Origin: Zootoca vivipara
Taxonomy: Eukaryota
NCBI RefSeq assembly: GCF_963506605.1
Contig: NC_083287.1
Location: forward strand, 49,228,001 to 49,292,000
Length of the DNA stretch: 64,000 nt
Reading direction: 5' to 3'
A program made the translations under genes and the position numbers. Under the pieces are notes generated by a model, which saw only the letters and a program-made list of their open reading frames with translations, searched no databases and was not told the DNA's origin. This document shows, one piece after another, positions 23,448 to 35,649 of this stretch. Position 1 is the first letter of the stretch, and the number at the start of each line of letters is the position of its first letter.

Positions 23448-25619
23448 TATTAAACATTTAAGATGTCACAGCACTACTCGTCATCCAAAAATGGTACACA
23501 AAAATTGGAAAGCTGGCCAAGCTGATGTTTAGTAACAGACAAATTTTCAGCATCTCAACAGGCTGGGATACTTCAGTTGGGTTGCTGCTCTGTATGCTAT
23601 TCTGAAAAGTGTCTTGACCATTGCATGAATTTTAGGGTGTGCTAATCTAATAATGAAAGCAAAGGCCACAAGAACTTGAGGACCCTGCTGGTCAGAGGAG
23701 AGGCATGTCTTGTCCAGCATTCTGTTTCCAAATGCATTTGGGAAGGTCACAAGTAGGACGTGAGGTCAATAGCCCTCTCCCACAGTTGATCCTCAGTGAG
23801 TGATACTCCACAGCAGCCAATCATAAACCTTTCCGTCAGCTGCCCACATTTCATATTGGGCGTACATTGAAACATGCTAGGGGTTCCCCTTTTCAAATTG
23901 CATGGTTCAGTTCTGATATGAGAACAAGGGTTCTACAGTCGGTAGTTTTGGATTGGATGAATGAGCACAAATCCTTGCTTCGTCATGCGTCCTGTTGGTG
24001 ACCTTGGGCCAATCACAGCTTCAGCCTTCTTGTACCTGAAGGGTTGGTTGTGAAGACAAAATGGTAATACCGGAAAAATAACGAGCTCACAATGGAAGCA
24101 CGCAGCATGGTGCATTGTATTTCTCCATCCAGCAAGCTTTGCCAAGATCCAAGCAATGGAAGTCTGGCACCTGGGGGCCTAGTGCAAGCATTGGAGGGCT
24201 AGGTTTCAAGTCTGCCATTGCCATTAATTCCCTCTTGAGGCTTGGGACCTCCCATTGGCCCAATTTCCCCAACTGTGAAAAAGGAATGGTTATCATTAGC
24301 TCCTTCCCCAGGGGTAATATGATTTAATTAGTTTTGTCTCTAGAGTGCTTTGAATGTATAAAATGTTCCTGCTAATAAATTGCGTGCTGGTACAAAAATA
24401 GCACTCGCTGAGCCAGTTTGATCTCATTCTATATCTGCTGGTTCATATAGGAATTAACTCTAGTACTGCAGGGCGTTTATAAGCAATATAGAATTTTTTT
24501 GGGGGGGTGTACATATGCAATGTGGAAATTATTTTGAAGCTTGGCAATAGAAGTGTATTTTCAGGGCTTGGCTTAACATGAAATTGGTTCCAGCATTGTT
24601 TAATGAGGTCTTCTGATGAAGCAGGACAGCATAATATGGTAGCAAGAAGGTGCTTCTCTGAACATAGCCATTCTGTGCTTTAATACACCATAGGGGCTTG
24701 TTTTCTGTGAGGAAAATGTGAGCACAACACATCTAGCCTCTGCAGAGCCACAGAGGAATTTGCTTTTTGGAAACACTTGTTGGAAGCCTCTAGTTGAGAG
24801 TCGAAGGTCCCATTTCCCCTAAAGAAGGGCAAGTCTGCGTTTGTATGTTGGCTGTTGCTGCAGTCTGGTTCAGATGTAATTCTAAACATCCTTCAGGCCT
24901 GTGTTTTGTGTATTTTCTGTATTAGTGTTTTTATGTTGTGAACTGCCCTGTGACCTTTGGATGAAGGGCAGTATGCAAATAATAATAATAATAATAAGGC
25001 AACTTTCTATGTTCATACACTTTACATACAGTATGCTTCATCTCCAGGATCTTGGGCTCCTTTACTCGTATTTAGTACATTTGTATCTGAGAATCCAGCT
25101 AAAAAGGCTCGTATACAATCATAGCTGTCTAGTTCTCCCCTTTTTTAAGGGAAATTCCCTTATGCTGAATAGGCTTCCTCACGAGAAAAGGGAAAACTTG
25201 ACAGCCATGATACGATTAAAACAAGGCAGTCCCTGCTATAATCTTAAAAAAAGAGAGACACAAGGAAAAGGGGGCGGGGAAGGAAGAGGAAAAAGAGACT
25301 TGAAGCTTTAGATAACTTCCAGTTAAAACAGATAATACCGGACTAGACAGACCAATAGGGTATAGGGCACATTCCTAATTTCCAAGGCATCTTCTGAAGA
25401 CTCACTCTATGGGCTCCAGGAGGAGAGGCTTACATGTGCTGTGTTAAAAGGAAAAGCAGATGAAAATCGGCTTGTTACCTAGTCTAATAAATAAAGCTCC
25501 TCTCTAAAAGGAACTGTAAATGTTCAATGCTCATTGCTCAAATCCCCCAATGAGTGATTCTTTTGTTAAATTGTATGGATTAAATTAAAACTCCCATATC
25601 AGCAGAGAGAGAGGTATGC

Positions 25620-25712
25620 CGTTCTTGCCAGCTAAGCATGAACCATCCCCAGTGTGCATTGTTTGGCAGGCCTTACAAACCCAACCTGGTCTCCCTGCTG
25701 CTGATATATAGT
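25620..25712 (+). promoter_or_regulatory. CRYGN: CRYGN proximal promoter (MARE-like sites, Sox site, TATA)
   Basis: TGCCAGCTAAGCA at 25626-25638 (TGC-N7-GCA); TGCATTGTTTGGCA at 25655-25668 (TGC-N8-GCA containing the Sox motif CATTGTT); TGCTGA at 25699-25704; TATATA at 25705-25710, about 70 nt upstream of the ATG. Confidence 0.65.
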
Positions 25713-25780
25713 AGAGGTTCCCGTGGCTCTGAAAATCCCATTTGGGAGTCCGCCTCTGTGTTAGCAGTTGCCAATGAAAC

Positions 25781-25801
25781 ATGTCTCAGTATTCAGGAAA
25801 A
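25781..25801 (+). CDS. CRYGN: CRYGN exon 1 coding part (MSQYSGK)
   Basis: ATG in AACATG context and GTAAGT donor at 25802; joins exon 2 in phase 0 to give the crystallin N-terminal SGKIT. Confidence 0.9.
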
Positions 25802-26364
25802 GTAAGTAACGTGTTCCTTTTTGTAACTTTGCCTATGTACGAGATCAGAGGCTTTTTTTAAAAAAAGGGAGGAGGAGATGAGCTGGAAAAATAAAAGCTT
25901 TGGATGCCAACAGGAGACAGGATGGCTTAATGGAGCTACGCTTTCCAAAACATTGTGGGGCTGTGTTGCCTTGCAGGATGGGGCTACACAGCTGGGGTGG
26001 TCTGAGATTAAGGGGTGTTCCTTAAAAACAAGTAATCTGGCAACTCCAGAGAAGGAAAAGCATATGAAAGCAAGAGGATAAAGAGGATTGGGAAATACAA
26101 TGAAGTGTGTCTTAATCTAAATACACAATTTAAAAAAATGGTGTTTATAAAAGAAAACCTCGAGGGGCTGCATTGTTAGCCACACACAGTGTTGTAAGCT
26201 GTAATGTCTCATTAAAAGAATACTTCCAGCTTTCAATGAACTCTCTCGTTGAATGCAAAATTAAATCCGTCTGGCAGCGGATTCCATTTGCTTGGAATAC
26301 CGGTGGGTCGTGGGGGCCGCGCAACGGCCGTAGCTCAATGCTTGGAACGTCCTCTTTCCTCCAG

Positions 26365-26613
26365 ATAACTTTCTATGAAGGCAAATGCTTCACAGGCCGG
26401 AAGCTGGAGGTTAGCGGGCCCTGCGACAACTTCCAGGAGCGAGGCTTCATGAACAGAGTCAATTCCATCTGTGTGCAGAGCGGAGCCTGGATCTGTTTCA
26501 GCCTCGCAGACTTCCGAGGCCAGCAGTACATCCTGGAGCATGGCGAATATCCCGGCTTCCACCGCTGGAACGGGCACAATGACCGAATGGGATCCTGCAA
26601 GCCAGTTGGGATG
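26365..26613 (+). CDS. CRYGN: CRYGN exon 2, Greek-key motifs 1+2 (ITFYEGKCFTGRKLEV...GSCKPVGM)
   Basis: CCTCCAG acceptor and GTTAGT donor; 83 codons of a beta/gamma-crystallin domain with gammaN-type FMNRVNSI and HGEY segments. Confidence 0.97.
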
Positions 26614-28055
26614 GTTAGTGCTCCTTTTTTTTTGTCGATGAGTGACTGAACAGGTGCTGTTTATCACAGGGAGTCTCTATTTCCAGGTATCTCACTCTTG
26701 CCCTTTGGGAAGATGTTTGGAATGTTTTCAGCATCATTGTATGTTTTAACAACTTGCCAGAATGGTCATAATTTATTACTTTTCATAAAAATTATGCACC
26801 GCTTGATAGAAGAAAAACCTCAAAGTAGTTTACAAAGTATAAAACAAAATTATCAGTAAAAATAGTAAACAACTACTACTATTATTTAAAACATTCCACA
26901 TGCCTGGGCAGGCTTGTCTGTTCCAGGGGATTAAACTCTTGCCTTCATAGCCCAGGTCTTTGTGCCATCATGTGATCAAGCAAGACAAAGAACAAGAACG
27001 TATCTCCTGGACCTTGGCATCCAATCTGGGTTAGGGGCTGGTGCCTCTGTCTCCCAGTGGTTCTGTTCATACCTGTAGGAACCTGAGTCCCTTGCTTAAC
27101 CTCATGGCTTCTGGACTGTGAGGTTCCCCGGGGTTCCATTGAGTTTCCGGTTGCTGTTTTAAGATCTTTATGAAGTTATTGGGGGAAGTCATCCAGGGAT
27201 TTTGAGCAAGGCCCAATCAGTGTTGGTAACAGCCCACTCTTCAGTGATGATGATGATGATGCCCTACATCTGACGATCACAGAGTGGTCTATCTCACCTC
27301 AATCAGGAGATGCTGTTTAAGTACTTGACCAGTGTTGGGATGGTTGAGGTCCAATAAATTGAAGCTGAAGCCCAATGAGATGGTGGTTCTGTGGGTTGGT
27401 GGTTGAAGGACCAAGTTCATTGCTTGGGGCTGCTCATCAATTCTAAGCTGTCACCTGAGGAGGAGTGGCAAGGCAACTATTTTCTATTGTCTAAGCCTCT
27501 GTTGTCTTCTTCAAACTCCAGTTGGTTCGCAAGTCCCCACACCAGCTGCCTGTGCATTGCCAGGCTCGAATAAACTTAATAATATTGGTGGTGCATAAAG
27601 CCCTGAATAACCTGGAACCCAAGTATCTGAAGGAATAACATACCCCACCCAATCATTAAGATCCACTAGATATGTCCTACTTCAATCTCCTGGCAATAGC
27701 TGTGGGTGGTGATGCATACTCAAGAGTAGACCCATTGTACTTAATGGGCAGGTCTATATTATGTCTATTAAGTGGCTCTACTCTAAGTTGGAAACAACCA
27801 ATAGAACTCAATGGGACTTCTTTTAGACATGTACTGGATTGTGCTTGTTAATTCGTTAGCCCTCCTGCTGCCCTTTTTTTGTAAGGTATTCTGCAAACTT
27901 ACTAGCTGAAAAGCAGAAAACATATTTTTAATACAATAAGACACATACACACCACAGGAATGGAGCTCTCCCTCAAAGTACCTTCAGCAATTTTTAACTA
28001 CAGTACTATTTCCCGTCTCCAGCCTAAATTTGCATTGCAGTGGAAGGTGTGTGTA

Positions 28056-28297
28056 CAGTGGTGCCTCGCTAGATGAATTTAATTCGTTCCACAGGTCTTT
28101 TCTTATAACGAAAAATTCATCTAGCGAATCCCATAGGAATGCATTGAATTTTTTTTTTTGAATTTTTTTTTTGCCCATAGGAACGAATTAATTGAATTTC
28201 AATGCATTCCTATGGGAAACCGTGATTCGCTAGACGAATTTTTCGTAAAACGCATTCGTCTAGTTAAGCAGGGCATTCGTTAAGCGAGGCACCACTG
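28056..28297. mobile_element. Tigger-like MITE
   Basis: CAGTGGTGCCTCGCT/AGCGAGGCACCACTG TIRs, TA TSD and an internal CCCATAGGAATGCATTG palindrome. Confidence 0.85.
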
Positions 28298-28324
28298 TAT
28301 GTGTGTATTTGTGCATCTCTATGT

Positions 28325-28671
28325 GGACCCAGGTGGCGCTGTGGTTAAACCACTGAGCCTAGGGCTTGCTGATCAGAAGGTCGGCAGTTCGAATCCCTGT
28401 GACGGGGTGAGCTCCCGTTGCTTGGTCCCAGCTCCTGCCAACCTAGCAGTTCGAAAGCACGTCAAAATGCAAGTAGATAAATAGGAACCGCTACAGCGGG
28501 AAGGTAAACGGCGTTTCCATGTGCTGCTCTGGTTTGCCAGAAGCGGCTTTGTCATGCTGGCCACATGACCTGGAAGCTATACGCTGGCTCCCTCGGCCAA
28601 TAATGCGAGATGAGCGTACAACCCCAGAGTCGGTCACGACTGGACCTAATGGTCAGGGGTCCCTTTACCTT
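28325..28671 (+). mobile_element. Sauria SINE, full length
   Basis: tRNA-like head with A and B boxes, conserved core and tail; short TATGT duplication. Confidence 0.92.
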
Positions 28672-29345
28672 TATGTACAAGATGGGGAACAGGAGAGAAC
28701 CCCTTCTTTGCTTTTTTTTTGGACCGCCATCAGATGTTTCAGGTATATCTGAGATTCCACAGCCAAAATAATGCCACAAGCTTTCCTCTTCTTCAGCCAA
28801 GTCTTCTCATACATGATTCCATTTATAAATATATTATATCCTCTGTCTGTTGGTTCTTTTTCTTTTTTTCTAAAAAGACTATTATACCTGTCTGCAGACT
28901 CCCTCACAAATACCTAACAAAACTACCGGCGGGAGGAGAGGGAGATTCCCAAAGCGATTTACCTCAATTCACCTTCCAAGAATTGCATAGACAGGATACT
29001 GGAAGCCAAAGCTTGTGTGCTTGTGTTTTTCTTTCTTTCTTTTCCTTTCTTAATAAAGTCACAACTATCCTGAATAAATAACCACAGACTTGACTAGGAA
29101 CAAGGAAAATGTGATTATTGTTTTGTTTGTTTGTTTTAAGGGAAACAGTCTCAAATAGATGTGTGTTTTGGAATTTCCTCCTCATAGTTCCGTTCCTCGT
29201 GGGGTTCTTAATTCATTTCCCATGTATGGATGTCTGGTTCTCTTGCAAATGTCAAAAGTGGCATTCTTGTGGCCTTGTTTTCTTGACCTTGTGCGTGGTC
29301 GTTTCGTGGTTTGTATTTCTTCCGGTGCAGGTTTTATGCTAAAGG

Positions 29346-29481
29346 NNNNNNNNNNNNNNNNNNNNNNNNNNNNNNNNNNNNNNNNNNNNNNNNNNNNNNN
29401 NNNNNNNNNNNNNNNNNNNNNNNNNNNNNNNNNNNNNNNNNNNNNNNNNNNNNNNNNNNNNNNNNNNNNNNNNNNNNNNNN
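29346..29481. other. Assembly gap (136 N)
   Basis: Run of N in CRYGN intron 2. Confidence 1.
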
Positions 29482-30530
29482 GCAGTCACAAGAACAACCC
29501 CTTTCCCCCATCCCAGCTGAAGTTTGAACACTTTCATAGTCTGGCATTAAATTACTCACTGAAAACAGTAATAATAAGAAAAGTACTAACTGCTTGGAGA
29601 ACTTAGCATGACCACATCTTTACAGGCATGTTGCTCCTATTGTAAAGTGTTGGGTCCTTCTCTCCCACCTCCATTTGATTCTCACAACAATCCTGCAAAG
29701 TAGGCTACTCTGAGGGAAACAATTCCCTAGGGAGGTTCATGGCTCAGAACCGTTTTGAACCTGAGTCTCCCTAGCTGAAGACACATTTCTTTATCTTGGC
29801 TTTTGACACTGGATATGCATATTTTAGAACCCGCCTTATTTCTGAATTTTAAAGTTGCTTTAAACTTTTTTTTTAATATCAATGTTATGTTTTAATTGTC
29901 GTGGCCTACCCTGGGACCCAAAGGTAAAGGGTGTGTAATAAATTGTAAACATTGTCCTATCCCAACCTGACACTCTAACCACTACACTGCACTACTTCTG
30001 TATTTAGGACACAAATCAGTGGCAAATTTTGTATATAGTATGGGGGAGGGGGGACAAAGTGTTGCTTGTTTAAACAAACATTTTAATACATTTTTATTGA
30101 TATATATTTTAATGTCGGCTGCTAACCACCTCCTTGAGATCTTGCTATGATTTCAAAAAGTGGAATACCAATTTTTAAATCAGTAGACAAAATAAAATAT
30201 TAAAGTGATGAAACAGTCGCTGGCCGGCGAGTGCTGATGCTGAACCCATTTTCCACCTGTGGCTTTTTGCTGGCTACAGAATTCACTGGCCGGCCTGGGG
30301 CACATTTCTGTCTTTCACTGGTGGGTCAAATTGAAAAAAAAAACACCTCTCTGTGTTGCCTGGAGCTCCTTAGAAGAAGAGAAGGGTGCAAATGTTATTT
30401 TTTCTAAATACATTTTTATTCATATTTTGCAACACCAAGCTCTTTGGTGCAAATTTGGAAAAAGTGAGGTGTCTCTGGGTTTTGCCGCTGCTGTTTCATG
30501 AAGCTAATTTTGGCCTGCCTTTGTCAACAG

Positions 30531-30676
30531 CATGGTGAGCATTACCGGATCGAAGTGTTTGAGGGCAGGCATTTTAGTGGGCGCAGCCAGGAGTTCACCG
30601 AAGATTGCTCTTGCCTGCATAGGCAAGGCTGGGCCAAAAACTGGATCAACGCCATCAAAGTCTATGGGGATGGAGC
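30531..30676 (+). CDS. CRYGN: CRYGN exon 3, Greek-key motif 3 (HGEHYRIEVFEG...IKVYGDGA)
   Basis: CAACAG acceptor and GTAAGT donor; gammaN signature VYGDGA. Confidence 0.97.
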
Positions 30677-31260
30677 GTAAGTAGCTAACGGATGTCAAAA
30701 TAATACAAGGGTAACCTGCAATAAAGGGTTGCAGCATGGAGTCCTCCTTTTAGCCCTCTTCAGAGCACTCCATTCCGTTCATCTTCCAGCTGCCGCCATT
30801 TTCCTATTCCCTGCTCACTGAGCATACTCAGCCCCCATCTTGCTGCTTTCTTTTTTTGGGTGAGCCATTTGCCTCTCAGTGTTCCCTTGAGCATGTTGCT
30901 AACCTCATCTCTCTGTGTCGATGTGTGTGCATGTACGGTGCCATTTTCGCTATGTACCCACTAGCACTTGTATAATTCAGATTGCTATTAATGTACTTGC
31001 TAGTTTGGTCAGTCTGGATGAAACTGGATCCCTTCTGAACCCGCAACTCTGCATCTGCGAGGATAGAATACATACATAAGAGGAAACTTGCCAAACCAGT
31101 TCCTTTGTCAAGGTTTGTCAATGCCAGTTCCTTCGACTGGCCAGTTAATTACCCACCATCTGCATCTTGAAATGGTGAGCTCTGTTGCCATAGAAACAAA
31201 TGAGCAGGCCTTTCCCTACCCACCTCACCTGCCTGATAGATGAGAGTTGTGTATATGAGC

Positions 31261-31262
<2 letters not shown>

Positions 31263-31310
<48 letters not shown>
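31263..31310. repeat. (AG)24 microsatellite
   Basis: Read directly from the sequence. Confidence 0.97.
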
Positions 31311-31312
<2 letters not shown>

Positions 31313-31859
31313 CTTGCTTTGTACTGGACTTTGGGTCTCCTCTGGAAACCTACAGGGGAAGCAAGATTTGTTGCAGTCAGGGCTGGCCCACCCTTGTGGC
31401 AAAATGAGGCGACTGCCTCAGGTGGCAGAATCCACAGGGGCAGCAGATCCATCCTCCAAGAAATGCTTTGCCCTGGTGCTGCTGGACTCCATTTCCCATC
31501 AGCTCCTGACAGCCAGCATAGCTAAAGGTCAGCAATGATGGGAGCTGGTCCATCCACATCTGGAGAGAGATGGGGAGCTCACCACCCTGATATAGATGAT
31601 GACTGCTCTGACTCTGCAGCTCCATGCCAGAATAGCCACCCGCAGACATGGGCCCCTGTTGCTTTCTGTAGCTTTTACCAATCCCTACACTTCTTCAGTC
31701 TCCCACCATACAGACTAAACCTACTTCTAAGTGGGTTTCTCATCTCTCTTGTATGTTCCAGGGTTGGGTCTAGGACTTGATATCCACTTCCTCTACACCT
31801 GATGTCAGATGTGGGACAGGAAAAGATGTGGCTGGTCGAAAAATGGGGTTTGCAAGCAC

Positions 31860-32208
31860 CATACCTGCCAAGTTGCTGTCCGGGAAATAAGGGACCGGGC
31901 CGGAAGTAGCAGACCGGAAGTAGCGCTGCCGCCATTTTGGAACTGGGCGGAGAATGCTCAGAAGTGACTTTTGATGCTGCTTTGCCCAGTTCCAAAATGG
32001 CCGCCGTGCCAGAAGTCGCACTGCAGCCGTTTTGGAACTGGGCAGAGCAGCATCAAAAGTTACTTCTGAGCATGCTCCACCCAGTTTCAAAATGGCCGCC
32101 GCGCCAGAATAAACCGGGAAAAACAAAAAATCCGTTTTTTTCAGCTAGGAACAGCTGGGAAATTTCCTGGGGAATTTCCCGGGGAATACGGGAGACTTGG
32201 CAGCTATG
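31860..32208. mobile_element. hAT (Blackjack-like) MITE with a long internal inverted repeat
   Basis: TIRs CATACCTGCCAAGT/ACTTGGCAGCTATG; perfect 8-bp TSD GCAAGCAC. Confidence 0.88.
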
Positions 32209-33399
32209 GCAAGCACTGCTGATCAGTTCAAAATCAGCATAAACAACCAGATAGCCAGATAGACCGATTGTCTGTGTCACTATAAGGCAGCTTCCAATTG
32301 CTTTCTTCAAAAAAGCCATGTACAGTTATTGATTTATTGATTCCCCCCCCCCATATCTACAGGGTATCCCTTTTAAAAGAGACCAAAACCCAGCTCTCTA
32401 CTCCCCTGACATTCCACCAACCCTGGGCTTGGGTCTATGTGTGGAGTCCTTACTGTAGTAATAATAAATAATTGCAGGTTAGCAATATCCAATCCAGCAG
32501 TTCTGTCATAAATGCTCATCTGAGGGGGGGGGGGGACTGCATGTGGCACGAGAGGATCAGCTTAACAAGCCTCTTTATTCTGGAAAAGATTAACACCAAT
32601 TATAGCCTTCCCACTATAGTTCCTTCTCGCATTCTTGCTTTCTGATCCTTTGGTCGAAGCGCCAACTGGAGAGGCCGACAGTCTTGCTGCCCCTCCCTCT
32701 GTCCCAAAAACATTTCCCCTGAAAACCGGCAATCACGCAGGGTTGTATTTCCATCATTGCTCTGACCAGGGACAAATGTTCTCTTGAGGGGGTGGGGGGA
32801 AAAACAAAAATCATCGTTTGTGTCTCGCCCTTTCACAAGTGATGGAGTTGTTGTGTTATGATGTCATTGGCTCGTTCTCTCTCCTCCCCCACTATCTCTC
32901 TGACCTCATGGTACCATGAGCTTCCTTTGGACAAACAAACACAATCAGAAGGCATGACTTGGATGTGCGTGCCTGGGAGAGAGCTGGAGCCCTCTGTCCA
33001 AGCCAGAGAGTGCTTGGCTTGTGTGAGGCACAGCTGGAGTTCTGGTTCATGCTGCTTCGTGCTTCCGTGCCAAGGGAACATCTCTTAGGAGGGCAAAAAA
33101 GCAGAACCTCAAAGGCAACCTTCCCCAACCTGGTGCTCTGACAGATGCTACGGGACACAGTCTCTATTGGGGTGATGGTAGTTCCTGCAGCTAGGTGGGG
33201 AAGCAGGATGGCGACAACTGTTCTGGGCTCTCTGGCTGAAATGCCCAAAGTGCTTGCCAGATGTCCTCTGTGGCCAGGGAGGAGTCTTTTCTTCAAGGCT
33301 TGGCAACTGCAAGGCTGTTGTTATTTGTTTTATTTTAAAGGACCCTCTGCTTGAAACCCTGGAGAGCTGATAGACAAGAGAAGCAATAGTGGATTAGAT

Positions 33400-33716
33400 C
33401 AGGGGTCGGCAACCTAAGGCCCATGGGCCAGAAGTGACCCACAGAGGCCATTTAACCAGCCCACGAGCCGCCCCCGAACTGAGCCGCCCGCTCGGTGAGT
33501 CCCCGCGTGCTGCGCTAGGGACTCTCTTCCGCAGCTCTGGAAATCACTTCTGTGCATGCCCAGATGCCAGAAATCGCTTCTGTGCATGCATGTTTTTTGG
33601 TGTCCGGGCATGCGCAGAAGTGATTTCTGACACCGCGGACATGCGCAGAAGCAATTTCCGGCGTCGCGCTGTGCCGGCCCAGCCCACAGAGGATCTCCGC
33701 AACTTACCAACCCCTG
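33400..33716. mobile_element. hAT (Charlie-like) MITE
   Basis: CAGGGGTCGGCAA...ACCAACCCCTG termini; TSD GATTAGAT/GATTGGAT (7/8). Confidence 0.82.
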
Positions 33717-33784
33717 GATTGGATGGAGGAAGAGTCTAGCCTGGAGCAAGGCAGCTTCCTAAATCCCTAACAGCCATGCAGGTG

Positions 33785-33890
33785 AAAGTCCTGTGGCACC
33801 TTAAAGAAGTAACAGATTTATTACAGTATCAGCTTTCATGAAATAAAGTCCACCACATCAGATGCATGAAGTGTTATCCTCCGTTGACAG
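33785..33890 (-). mobile_element. Penelope-like pLTR fragment with a degenerate hammerhead
   Basis: GCACCTTAAAGA...AGCTTTC...TCAGAT layout shared with the 63356 copy. Confidence 0.6.
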
Positions 33891-33895
33891 ATATA

Positions 33896-34146
33896 CAGTC
33901 ATACTTTGGAAATCAAACAGAATTCGTTCCAGAAGTCCATTCGACTTCCAAAACATTCAAAAACCAAATCGCAGCTTCTAATTGGCAGCAGGAAGCTCTT
34001 GCAGCCAATCAGAAGCTGCGGAAGCACTGTCAGACGTTGGGGCTGCAAAAGAATTCTTGCAAACCAGAACACTCACTTCTGGGTTTGCGGCGTTCAGAAG
34101 CCAAAACATCCGAGTTCCAGGGCGTTCAACAACCAAGGTATGACTG
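33896..34146. mobile_element. Tigger-like MITE
   Basis: CAGTCATAC...GTATGACTG termini and TA TSD. Confidence 0.82.
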
Positions 34147-34149
34147 TAT

Positions 34150-34971
34150 TGTTACAAAAGTTGGGCACCATCTCCAACCTCTGCCAAGCCATGGCAAGAT
34201 TCCAGGGGGTTCCATGTGCTCACCCAGGAATCAAAACACAGTGGAGGCTGTCGTAGCTTTATGAAATAGGATTTATTCACATTTGTATTACATGGAAATA
34301 CAGGACGGTCCCATATTATACAGGATGGGTGGAAACGATAGTCTTGACCCCAGAATTCAGCAGGCAGTCAAGGAACCATTGAACCTGAGGCTGGCAGGCA
34401 GGAGTCCACATTGCCAGATTCCACAACATCCGTGGTCTATAAAACCAGAGGCAAACCCTCACGGGTGCTTTCCTTTGGGCCTGAGGAACCAAGTGCCTCC
34501 CACAGTACTCTGAAAGTCCAGCGGCACAGGAGGTGCACCAGGTGGGCAGGGCAGGGAGCACAGAAGTGCCCGTCTGTAGGTCAGAGGGTTGGCCTAGGAG
34601 AGATGGGCAGCAGGCAGAGGCTCAAAAGGGTTAGCTTCGCTTCCAGCCTTTGTTAGAGCAAGTTGCTCACTAGGCGCTATCCTTGGTGCTGAGACAACCA
34701 CCTGCATTGATCAATGGGTTCTTCTGCACAACTAGAATAGGGCATACGTAGTGGGGCATGTACCCCAGTGCTCATATAGAACTTCTGGCCAGAAATTATG
34801 TGGCTTGGCCTCTAAGTCCTTTGTCTCTTATTAGATGTATTGATGAAAAAGAGGGTATCTTAAAGCATATTTTCTGCAGCCTTTTCATATTAACATTCTC
34901 AATATTAAGAACTTTGGGGGTTGGCTGAGCGAGTAAATTTGATAGATGTCTAGGTCAATGAACTTATAACA
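34150..34971 (-). mobile_element. Possible solo LTR
   Basis: TGTTACAA...TTATAACA termini and a minus-strand AATAAA at 34272-34277; the TSD is not clean. Confidence 0.3.
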
Positions 34972-35451
34972 AAATATATTACAAATTCAGTATCTCCAAA
35001 ACACCCAAACACAATTAAATAATCAACAGAGATCTAAAATAAACACATTAAATACAAACATATGTGCAAGATAAACATTAAACAAATGGGAGGTGTGCGT
35101 ACTGATTCACATCGGGGGAAAGATAACGCATTTGTTAAAACTGTATTTATAAGGTGAATAAGTGGTGATCAGTTGTTTTAAAAAACAGTTTCTGCTTTTT
35201 GTCTGCCATCTCCCAGACATACATATGTTGGGGTTAATGTCTTCATCACTGCTCTTTCCAAACCTTTGGTTAACCAATCCTTCAGAAAAGGAGCAAGTCC
35301 ATCTCTCCACTTCGGAGCCACTAGAATTTTAGCTGCGATCAACTTTTAACATCAAATGCCAACTGTTTGGAGGAAACCAATATGGCGCCATAACCATCTC
35401 TGAATGTGGCTTGGAGTGTTTTGACTAGAAAACATTTTGTTTCTGTTTCAG

Positions 35452-35587
35452 ATGGGTGCTGTATGAGGAACCTAACTATCGTGGCCAGATGTATGTGGTC
35501 GAGAGAGGTGACTATAGCAGCTGCAATGAATGGCAAGCTGCCTGTGCAAACATCCAGTCAATCAGAAGGGTTGTCAACTATTTTTAG
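35452..35587 (+). CDS. CRYGN: CRYGN exon 4, Greek-key motif 4 (WVLYEEPNYRGQMYVVERGDY...RRVVNYF*)
   Basis: TTTCAG acceptor, phase-2 join and TAG at 35585-35587. Total CDS is 21+249+146+136 = 552 nt, or 183 aa. Confidence 0.97.
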
Positions 35588-35649
35588 CTAACTGCCTGGT
35601 GAAAACGAGAGTCTGGTCCCTTCCCTCCTGGTCTCTAGAAATGTGAAAT

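Noticed and set aside
28325-28410. tRNA-like A/B box sequences here and in other SINE heads
   Set aside because: They are SINE promoters continuing into SINE bodies and do not form complete cloverleafs.
28690-29345. T-rich segment with several short ORFs next to the gap
   Set aside because: Possibly a retroelement remnant, but I found no termini, TSD or protein motif that I could support.
29159-29559. ORFs spanning the first N run (likewise 51414-51959)
   Set aside because: Artefacts of translating assembly gaps.
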